A stretch of DNA of 64,000 nt, taken from assembly GCA_050287845.1 (NCBI GenBank), contig JBNKCR010000055.1, forward strand, positions 32,001-96,000. The letters run 5' to 3'. This document shows positions 11,372 to 19,344 of the stretch, one piece after another. The DNA is from Polyangia bacterium. GTDB taxonomy: Bacteria; Myxococcota_A; Polyangia; JAAYKL01. The position numbers were made by a program, and so were the translations under genes. Positions within the stretch are counted from its first letter, which is position 1. The number at the start of each line of letters is the position of its first letter. The notes below the pieces were generated by a model, which worked only from the letters and a program-made list of their open reading frames with translations, searched no databases and had not been told where the DNA came from.

Positions 11372-11974
11372 CAATAACATCTGTCTGGTTGTACCCCTTT
11401 CGTTTCGTTCCTCCCCTGGGCACAATCCTCTCAAACTCAATTTATCAGTTACCCAGCTTCCAATAACATAGCGACCGTTGGCTCTGCTGCCTTTACCTGA
11501 TGATAAATACGCAACAATTCCGATAATCAATGTGCACGCAATTAAATCCAGCGGAATCGATGCAGTAAAATTGTGTGGAATGAGTGACTGTGATTTTCCA
11601 TAAAATACTCAGGTAGGTCAATTTAAGATAAAGCGGTGAGAATAAACGTGAGCCATTTTGGTAATCCAGTTTATTAAAAAACCATAAAATAAAAGGATTT
11701 GTATGCAACACCAGTTCGCAATATTTATTCCCATATCGAAAAAAAAAGATACCTCAGCTAAAAAAACAACGGCATGAACTCTCTCATTATTTCAATCAGG
11801 ATAGATGTTAAACAGTGTGCATAGAAAAACACAAAAAAACTTCTATTTTTTTTGAAAAAATGTCTGGATTTTAAAAATCGTTTATTTCATGATGATGCAA
11901 ATTAAATTAATTGATAATTATATTTTTATTCTTTCAACTTTAGTGAACAATTTTAGCTTGCGTTTTGTGTAGAC

Positions 11975-11998
11975 ACTTAATAATCATTGTTTACTAAT
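11975..11998. promoter_or_regulatory. Candidate ROK/XylR-type operator upstream of xylF
   Basis: Imperfect palindrome ACTTAATAATCATTGTTTACTAAT (TTAATAA-N7-TTACTAA) in AT-rich promoter region. Confidence 0.35.
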
Positions 11999-12112
11999 TT
12001 GTGGAAAGAGTTTCATAATCGGTTATTTTTTCGTAGCAATTGTGCTGGGAAAATTTATATGTGCAAATTGTATTGAATCAATAATGCAACACAACTTCTC
12101 AGGAGGAACAAG

Positions 12113-13237
12113 ATGAAAAAGTATTTGGTCTCATTAATTGCAGTATTTTTGGGAGCGTCATTGTTTGTAGGATGCTCAGGTGACAAGAGTACAGCAAGCA
12201 ATGACGAAGCGCCGGCGGAAGGGGCTGCCCCTACCAAAGCAGATGAAGGCGGCAAGAAGAAGATTGGTCTTTCCTTTTCTGATTTTGCTACTGCAAGATG
12301 GGCAAGAGAACGCGACTTGATGACCAAGATGTTCGAGGAAAAAGGTTTCGAAGTCATCGCTCAGGGGGCGAACAACGATTCCAAAACCCAGAATGACCAA
12401 ATCGAAAACATGGTTACTCAGGGAGTAAGTGCCATTATTGTAGTCGCAGAGGATGGTGCGGCTGCCGCAACCGCAGTCGACAGTGCTGCCAAAGCCGGCG
12501 TTCCGGTAATTGCGTATGACCGTCTGGTGAAATCCCCCAAAGTTGCTTGTTACATCTCTTTTGACAACGTCGAAGTGGGTCGCCAGCAGGCACGCGGTAT
12601 TCTTAAGGTGAAAGACAAAGGTAAATTTGTTCTTCTCGGCGGGAGCCCCACCGATAACAACGCTATTCTTTTCAGAAATGGTCAGATGGAAGTTTTGAAA
12701 CCCCTCATCGACAAAGGCGATATCGAAATCGTTGCAGATCAGTGGGTAGAAAACTGGGATCCGGCAACTGCAGTTAAGAAAATGGAGAACATCCTGACAT
12801 CGCAGAAAAATCAGATTGATGCCGTTGTTGCCTCCAACGACGGAACTGCGCTGGGTGCTCTTCAGGCAATGAAAGCTCAGAAGCTTGCAGGTAAAGTACC
12901 AATATCCGGACAGGACGCAACTGGCCCTGGTTGTCGTTCAATCGTTGAAGGCGAGCTCACCATGACCGTTTTCAAAGACGTTCGGGAATTGACTCCTCTG
13001 GCAGTTGATATTGCTATAAAACTTGCAAATAAAGAAGCTGTCACCGGTCTCCAGAACTTCTCTCTTGCAGAGCTGACCCTTGATGAAAAACTTAAAGGCG
13101 AAGTTCCCTGTAAGTTCCTGAAAGTTATCCCCGTTGATAAAGACAACGTCTATGAAGAAGTTGTTAAAAGCGGTTTCCAATCATGGGATGAAGTATACGC
13201 CGGTGTTCCTGCCGACAAACGTCCACCCAAACCATGA
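12113..13237 (+). CDS. xylF: D-xylose ABC transporter substrate-binding lipoprotein
   Basis: AGGAGG RBS; lipobox FVGC; IAYDRL, YISFDN, GSPTDNNA, VVASNDGTA, ISGQDA, MTVFKD. Confidence 0.9.
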   Translation: MKKYLVSLIAVFLGASLFVGCSGDKSTASNDEAPAEGAAPTKADEGGKKKIGLSFSDFATARWARERDLMTKMFEEKGFEVIAQGANNDSKTQNDQIENMVTQGVSAIIVVAEDGAAAATAVDSAAKAGVPVIAYDRLVKSPKVACYISFDNVEVGRQQARGILKVKDKGKFVLLGGSPTDNNAILFRNGQMEVLKPLIDKGDIEIVADQWVENWDPATAVKKMENILTSQKNQIDAVVASNDGTALGALQAMKAQKLAGKVPISGQDATGPGCRSIVEGELTMTVFKDVRELTPLAVDIAIKLANKEAVTGLQNFSLAELTLDEKLKGEVPCKFLKVIPVDKDNVYEEVVKSGFQSWDEVYAGVPADKRPPKP

Positions 13238-13501
13238 TGCATAGGTAACAATAAAACCAGTTGCAACTAAATCTTTCATCATTTCGTATTTTCGATTGGA
13301 TGGAACGGATTTGTAGAATGCTCTCTGGAATTTTATCTCACAAAGAATACCGAAATGTGCCGTAACATTCAGCAACCTCAGAATACTGGTTGACAAGTGG
13401 TATCCTGTCGGCGCTCCGTTACTTCATAAACAGTTGAAGATTCAACAATAGCGAGCAATTTACAGTTTGTAGCGAGTACATCTATTGAACGGAAATAATT
13501 C

Positions 13502-15070
13502 ATGGATGCAAATTTGGGAAACGACATTATGACTGATGACAACATTTTAGAAATACGGAATGTTACTAAAAAATTTCCTGGTGTAACCGCATTGTCAAAT
13601 ATTTCTTTCAACGTTAAACGTGGTGAAATTCACGGCCTCGCTGGCGAAAATGGCGCTGGCAAATCCACGCTAATGAAGATTCTGTCCGGTGTTTATCCTT
13701 CAGATGAATACACCGGACAGGTTGTTTTTGATAATGAAACACTCAACTTTCAATCTACTGCCATCCGTGATGCTATCGAGCGAGGAATCGCAATCGTATA
13801 CCAGGAGCTCGTTCTGGTCCCGGAGATGACCGTGGGCGAGAACATTTTTCTGGGACGAGAGCCTACGGATTCAAAAGGTGCTATCAATTGGCATGAGCTT
13901 TACTCTGAGACCGACAAATTGTTGAAAAGGTACAATCTGAAAATACCGTTCTCCGCCAAAATATCGTCTCTCGGCGTTGGCAAGCAGCAGCTTGTTGTAA
14001 TCGCAAAGGCACTTTCAGAAAATGCCAAGATACTGATTCTGGATGAGCCCACATCGGCTCTAACCGAATCCGAGGTAGATACACTGATGGAGATTCTTGA
14101 TCAACTCAGGAGTGAAGGGTTAACTTGCATTTATATTACCCACAAACTGGATGAGTTTTTCAGAATCACTGATTCAATCACAGTTATGCGTGACGGTACG
14201 CTGGTTAATACGGTTCGAACCAGCGATATGACGAACGAAAAAATCATCGCAATGATGGTAGGTAGAGAAATGACGGAGCGCTATCCCGCGAGGGGAAATG
14301 AGCCGGGTGAAGTTATTCTGGAAGCCAGTGGAATCACCGTACAGGACCCGGTATTGTCCCATAAAAACTGCGTGGACAACGTCTCTTTCAATGTCAGAAA
14401 AGGCGAAATTCTTGGAGTGGCGGGTTTGATGGGGGCAGGACGAACAGAACTTGTCACTACACTGTTTGGCGCCTACGGGAAAGGTTACGCCGGCGAAATC
14501 ACCATTGATGGTAACTCCTTCGTCGCAAATTCCGCAAGGACTGCAATGAATCGCGGCATTAATCTGGTTCCAGAAGACCGGAAGTTGCAGGGACTGGTAC
14601 TCATGCAATCCATCCTGAAGAATATCTCCTTGCCGAACATGTCACTTTTCGCGGAACGGTTCAGTATCAACCAGAACAAGGAATTCTACGAGTGTAACAC
14701 AGTTTCGAAGAAGCTGTCTGTAAAATGTCATAGCATTCACGTACCAGTGAACACCCTGAGCGGAGGAAATCAGCAAAAAGTGGTCATTGCGAAGTGTATT
14801 ATGACAAAGCCGAAGGTCCTGATTCTTGATGAACCAACGCGTGGAATTGACGTGGGAGCCAAATATGAGATTTACAAATTGATGAACGCTCTTGCCGCGC
14901 AAGGTGTCGCCATCATAATGGTTTCCAGCGAGCTTCCGGAAATATTGGGGATGAGTGATAGAATTCTGGTGATGCATGAAGGGAAATGCACCGGAATTAT
15001 TCCGAACGACGAAAACGCAACCCAGGAGCGCGTGATGACCCTGGCAACCGGCGTTGAAGTTTTACACTAG
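13502..15070 (+). CDS. xylG: Sugar (xylose) ABC transporter ATP-binding protein, two NBDs
   Basis: GENGAGKST, ILDEPT, GLMGAGRTE, LSGGNQQK, DEPTRGIDVGAK. Confidence 0.93.
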   Translation: MDANLGNDIMTDDNILEIRNVTKKFPGVTALSNISFNVKRGEIHGLAGENGAGKSTLMKILSGVYPSDEYTGQVVFDNETLNFQSTAIRDAIERGIAIVYQELVLVPEMTVGENIFLGREPTDSKGAINWHELYSETDKLLKRYNLKIPFSAKISSLGVGKQQLVVIAKALSENAKILILDEPTSALTESEVDTLMEILDQLRSEGLTCIYITHKLDEFFRITDSITVMRDGTLVNTVRTSDMTNEKIIAMMVGREMTERYPARGNEPGEVILEASGITVQDPVLSHKNCVDNVSFNVRKGEILGVAGLMGAGRTELVTTLFGAYGKGYAGEITIDGNSFVANSARTAMNRGINLVPEDRKLQGLVLMQSILKNISLPNMSLFAERFSINQNKEFYECNTVSKKLSVKCHSIHVPVNTLSGGNQQKVVIAKCIMTKPKVLILDEPTRGIDVGAKYEIYKLMNALAAQGVAIIMVSSELPEILGMSDRILVMHEGKCTGIIPNDENATQERVMTLATGVEVLH

Positions 15071-15083
15071 GTGAGGCAATAAA

Positions 15084-16358
15084 ATGACTGCGAGTATTAC
15101 AGAACTATTTCAAAATTTCGTGCAAGAAAACAAGGGGAAGGTGGCCGACTCCATTCGCGCAAATATCCGAACTTACTCCATGGTTATCGCTCTGGTGCTG
15201 ATCTGGATTCTGTTCGGACTTCTGACCGATGGTATATTCTTCACCCCCAGAAATCTATCCAACCTGGTGCGACAAATGATCCTGATTGGCATCCTCGCCA
15301 TCGGGATGGTGCCGGTTATTGTTACCGGTAATATCGATTTGTCGGTGGGATCAGTAGTAGGCTTTATCAGTGTCATCGTGGCCTATTGTCAATTTTTTAT
15401 CTTTCCCACTATGTTGGCTGGTGCATTCCCGTCATGGGAAGCACAAACCACATTCATGGGAATTGAAACCAGTATGAACGGTGTGCTATCGACGTTTCTG
15501 TCAATTCTGATTGCGCTTGCAGTTGGATTGCTCGTGGGGTTATGGCATGGTTCACTTATCGCTTATCTGAAAATTCCCGCGTTTATTGTAACCCTTGGCG
15601 GATTTCTCGGTTTCAGAGGCGGCGTGCTCTTAATTAGCGGCGGACGTACGATTGGCCCAGTGGAAAACACACTGGTTGCCATTGGACAGGGGTATGTGCC
15701 AAAGACTTTTGGCCTTGTCCTCGGTGTCATCGTAGTCGCCTGTATTTTCGCCATAGTTCTTTGGGGACGAAAACAGAAACTGAAATATGGTTTTGATAAG
15801 TATCCAATTGCCAAGGATTTGTTCAAAGCCGGGCTCATTTCTTCAGTGGTGCTTTTTTATGTGATTTACGTAGCCAACGGGTACGAGGGAATTCAAATTC
15901 CCGTTCTGTTGATGGTAATTATTCTTCTTATTTTCCACTATATTACCAACAACACAAAGTTTGGCCGGTACATCTATGCTTTAGGTGGAAACAGGGAAGC
16001 GACTCGTTTGTCCGGTATTGACACGAACAAAGTTATCTTCAAGGTTTTTCTGCTGATGGGTGTAATCTGCGCAATTTGCGGCGTTGTGTTGACGGGTTAT
16101 GTAGCAATGGGAACAACCACTGGTGGGAATCTCTACGAGTTATTTACGATTGCATCGTGTGTGATTGGTGGTACCAGCCTCATGGGGGGCGAAGGGGCCG
16201 TTGCTGGTGCCGTTGTTGGTGCACTGGTTATGGGCAGTCTGAACAATGGTATGGACATCCTCGGCTGGACAACTGCCAAGCAAAATATCATTCAGGGCCT
16301 TGTTCTGATTGTCGCGGTGTTTGTTGATGTGCAATCAAAAAGCAAAGGAAAAAGTTAG
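15084..16358 (+). CDS. xylH: Sugar (xylose) ABC transporter permease
   Basis: IDLSVGS, IPAFIVTLGG, FGRYIYALGGNREATRLSGI, IGGTSLMGGEG; multiple TM helices. Confidence 0.92.
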   Translation: MTASITELFQNFVQENKGKVADSIRANIRTYSMVIALVLIWILFGLLTDGIFFTPRNLSNLVRQMILIGILAIGMVPVIVTGNIDLSVGSVVGFISVIVAYCQFFIFPTMLAGAFPSWEAQTTFMGIETSMNGVLSTFLSILIALAVGLLVGLWHGSLIAYLKIPAFIVTLGGFLGFRGGVLLISGGRTIGPVENTLVAIGQGYVPKTFGLVLGVIVVACIFAIVLWGRKQKLKYGFDKYPIAKDLFKAGLISSVVLFYVIYVANGYEGIQIPVLLMVIILLIFHYITNNTKFGRYIYALGGNREATRLSGIDTNKVIFKVFLLMGVICAICGVVLTGYVAMGTTTGGNLYELFTIASCVIGGTSLMGGEGAVAGAVVGALVMGSLNNGMDILGWTTAKQNIIQGLVLIVAVFVDVQSKSKGKS

Positions 16359-16428
16359 CTCTTTTTACTGACATTTTTGTCAAAATACTGTATCGATGTA
16401 TAGAACTGAACAATATAAAGTGAGAAAA

Positions 16429-16494
16429 AGAGATTCTTTAGAAATCTCATTGCAAGGGAAATAGGACAACAACTGAGATTTTATTGAAATCTCA
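16429..16494. promoter_or_regulatory. Two tandem palindromic operator-like sites, consensus TGAGATTT-N5-AAATCTCA
   Basis: 16429-16449 AGAGATTC-TTTAG-AAATCTCA and 16474-16494 TGAGATTT-TATTG-AAATCTCA (perfect 8-bp arms), 45 bp apart. Confidence 0.65.
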
Positions 16495-16556
16495 CAAACA
16501 ACACAATGGCCTTAATCTGGTGCTTACATGCCCAGTACGGTCTAGAAAGGTATCAC

Positions 16557-18260
16557 ATGAGCCTATTCGTACGTATGTCATGTCTATTGTCGGGTATCTT
16601 ATTGTCTGCCAATGTTATGGCGGCCGAGACAGAAATCATCCAGCCTGTTGCTGAAATGACTCTGGCTCAGATGGAAGGCGAAGAAGAAGCTGCGGCTGAT
16701 GCAGATGCTTCAATGGAAGGCGAAGCCTCCATGGGCGACGAAGCTTCCATGGGCGGCGAAGCTTCCATGGGCGACGAAGTTGCTGAAGCTCCTGCAGACC
16801 CCGCACCGGCTCCTGCTCCCGTAGCCGAAGAAGCAACCGAAACCACCACCGACGCGGTTGCAGTAAGTGATGGCGAAGCGGATTATGGTAGCTGGAGCAC
16901 TGAATGGCACGGATATTTCCGTACTCCTTTTGCCATCGGTATCAGCAAAAGACCCGATCCTGACAATCTCGAAAACAGTGATGATAGCCTCCAGGGCAGT
17001 CCCTGGTGGGGAAGCAATCACATCTATGACAAAGAAAAGAATTATTATAACTTCGGATTCACCCGTTTGCAGGAAGGTGACTGGGCTGAGATTCTGATTA
17101 CCGCCAAACACAAACATGTTGCCGCAACCGTTGGTGGCATGGGCTGGTGGTATCAGTTCGTTGGACAGAACCGATCGGCCGCTGCATGGTTCCCCGGACT
17201 TGGTTTCATTACTTTGGACACTGATTTCGACATGGGCGGAAGGAACGCTAACATCGAGTTGAGAATGGGTGCTTTCCTCGAACCCTACGCGTACAACGGT
17301 ATTTATGATACCTATCTGATTCAGCGGTCTCACCTGGTTGGGGAGCATGTGAAATTGACCATCCCGGTCAGTGACACCTTCACCCTCGCCCTGACCCACG
17401 GTTTCGGTGCCAACAAAACCGGTTCCGGCAGCGAAGATCCGCCAATTGCTCACACGCTGGCTCACTATGCCAATGTTATCATGAACATCGGTGGTAAAGT
17501 GGACCTCGGCGTATATTACAACTCTTCATGGTCCAACGATCCTACGTTCTATGAAGATGACACGGTAGCAGCAACCATGCCAGGTACCTTTGCAGATTAT
17601 TCCGAAGCTCGCATGAGAGTGATGGGTGCGGATGTTCATCTGAGACTGCCAACGTTTGGTCATCTGTGGGCGGCACTTGACTTTATCACGGTTAAAAATG
17701 GATGGGCACTCGGTGAAGCCATCGAGGTAATGCACTCCCCGGGTGGCGCGGGTATCGCTGGCAACTTTCTGCCCAATTCCGGAACTGGCAGTGGTAGTGT
17801 TCTCAACGCTTCGTGGATTTACGAGAATTCCCTCCAGGGCTTCAAAGGCAAAGGCGTTGGCGGCGATTTCCCCGACCTGACCTTCACCGTTTTCGGAATG
17901 CTGTCGAGCGCCAGTATGGACGATGTGGCCGACGGTGCTGATGATTCCCGTATGCAGATCAAAGGCGGCTTTGATCTTACTTTCTGGCCCAAATCCTGGG
18001 TGGGTATCATGTTCCGCTATGATGGTGTAAACTTTGGCAAAGACTATGCTGCTGCTCCCACTGCAGCAGGCGATGCCCCGGAAGTTAAATATCACGTATT
18101 CACTCCACGCGTGATTTTCAAATCCAACTTCATTTCTGCTGAAAGCCTCTGGATTCAGTTCTCCAAATACGCATTCAGCGATGACGTCAACGACAACTAC
18201 TATCTGGAAGACGGTCCTGACGCACTCGTTTTCAAAATGCAAGCCAACATCGGCTGGTAA
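16557..18260 (+). CDS. Putative outer-membrane beta-barrel (carbohydrate porin candidate)
   Basis: AAAGG RBS before ATG 16557; signal peptide ending VMA; acidic/Pro linker; WHGYFR first strand; aromatic-rich amphipathic strands; C-terminal FKMQANIGW; directly follows xylFGH. Confidence 0.75.
   Translation: MSLFVRMSCLLSGILLSANVMAAETEIIQPVAEMTLAQMEGEEEAAADADASMEGEASMGDEASMGGEASMGDEVAEAPADPAPAPAPVAEEATETTTDAVAVSDGEADYGSWSTEWHGYFRTPFAIGISKRPDPDNLENSDDSLQGSPWWGSNHIYDKEKNYYNFGFTRLQEGDWAEILITAKHKHVAATVGGMGWWYQFVGQNRSAAAWFPGLGFITLDTDFDMGGRNANIELRMGAFLEPYAYNGIYDTYLIQRSHLVGEHVKLTIPVSDTFTLALTHGFGANKTGSGSEDPPIAHTLAHYANVIMNIGGKVDLGVYYNSSWSNDPTFYEDDTVAATMPGTFADYSEARMRVMGADVHLRLPTFGHLWAALDFITVKNGWALGEAIEVMHSPGGAGIAGNFLPNSGTGSGSVLNASWIYENSLQGFKGKGVGGDFPDLTFTVFGMLSSASMDDVADGADDSRMQIKGGFDLTFWPKSWVGIMFRYDGVNFGKDYAAAPTAAGDAPEVKYHVFTPRVIFKSNFISAESLWIQFSKYAFSDDVNDNYYLEDGPDALVFKMQANIGW
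16702..16778 (+). repeat. 18-bp tandem repeat encoding (E/D)ASM(E/G)(G/D) x4
   Basis: GAAGCTTCCATGGGCGRC-like units. Confidence 0.85.
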
Positions 18261-18653
18261 AAAACAGCAATTCAAAAAGTTGACTGTTTTCTCCTGAACA
18301 ACCACATTTCCTGAAATCTTCACATCTTGCTGTTAAACACAATGTTTGACTCATTCAAACAAATGTCTCTCTATTTGATGAAGCACGAGTATCTTCAGCA
18401 TGTTCAATCCTCCGGCCAGCACGGTTGCAACCACCGGAATAGCCTCCCCACGGCCTCAATTCTCATGTGTATTCAATTGAAATGGTCCTTAATGGTACGA
18501 AGTCTGCCAAGTGCAGAATCTGGGAGAACAGATTCCAATACATAGAATGAACGTTGGTTGGATATACCGAGGCGGGCGGTGGAGATAGAGGCAAGAGGGC
18601 CGATTGAAAAACACAATGCCTACAGTGGCGGATATGCGTTTTCCACCAACACT

Positions 18654-19217
18654 TTAAAGCCCTTCCTCAAACCATCTGCCAGCATGGGGGCACCGTGCGC
18701 CGGTACTAATCCCCTGCCCTTTCGTGGTTTCATCATCCTCGGCGTATCGATTTACGTCATTCGGGCCACACATGGAGTCGTATTTTTTGTTCTTGTCGTT
18801 GGGATGAATGTTGTCATTCTCTCCGTCATTTGATAACGAATTGTTTGCTCCGTTATCGTTATAATACGTGTTGCTTGAATCACAACAAATCTGTTGCGCA
18901 TCTGAGCAGTTGCCTTCGGTTACCTGCATCTTCGTGGGGCACTCCTCCCAATTTATTTTGCAGGTACACCTGCACATTGAACTTTAGTCCCCGACACAGC
19001 AGCAAGTCTCTCACATTCTTATGCAATTTCCGTCCTTATACTCGACGTGACCAGAACTTGTCTCTCTGAGATTGTCAGAGGTAGCAATTGTCTGATCGTG
19101 CGAATCCGAATTGCTTAACCAAGCCAGAGAATCGTCAGTGCACCCGAGAAAGCAGAAAGATGAAATAATTAAAAGAAATGTACCAAACAGATAAAAGCGA
19201 AATCCGACAATAATCAG
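18654..19217 (-). pseudogene. Degraded Cys-rich lipoprotein gene with two in-frame stops
   Basis: GAGGG RBS then CTG at 19217; signal peptide ending FLGC-TDD; in-frame TGA (19011-19013) and TAA (18984-18986); same frame resumes as the 18654..18977 ORF (CRCTC...EGNCSDAQQICCD). Confidence 0.65.
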
Positions 19218-19293
19218 TAGTTGCCCTCACGGACTAAAGAAGAGATTAATGGGAGATTTGTAAAGACTGTTGGCGGGTTTATCTGATTAGAAA

Positions 19294-19324
19294 GGAAGCC
19301 GATTTCAGCGTGAATTCGGCTTCC
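19294..19324 (-). terminator. Probable intrinsic terminator of the GH12-fold gene
   Basis: Hairpin GGAAGCCGA...TCGGCTTCC 20 bp past the stop, followed by TTTCT on the minus strand. Confidence 0.7.
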
Positions 19325-19344
19325 CTGAAACTGAAAATCTGAAC

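Noticed and set aside
16505..16535. Sigma54 promoter downstream of the tandem palindromes
   Set aside because: TGGC/TGC elements do not have GG-N10-GC spacing
19011..19013. In-frame TGA as selenocysteine
   Set aside because: A TAA follows nine codons later and the start codon is also degenerate; decay is the simpler explanation
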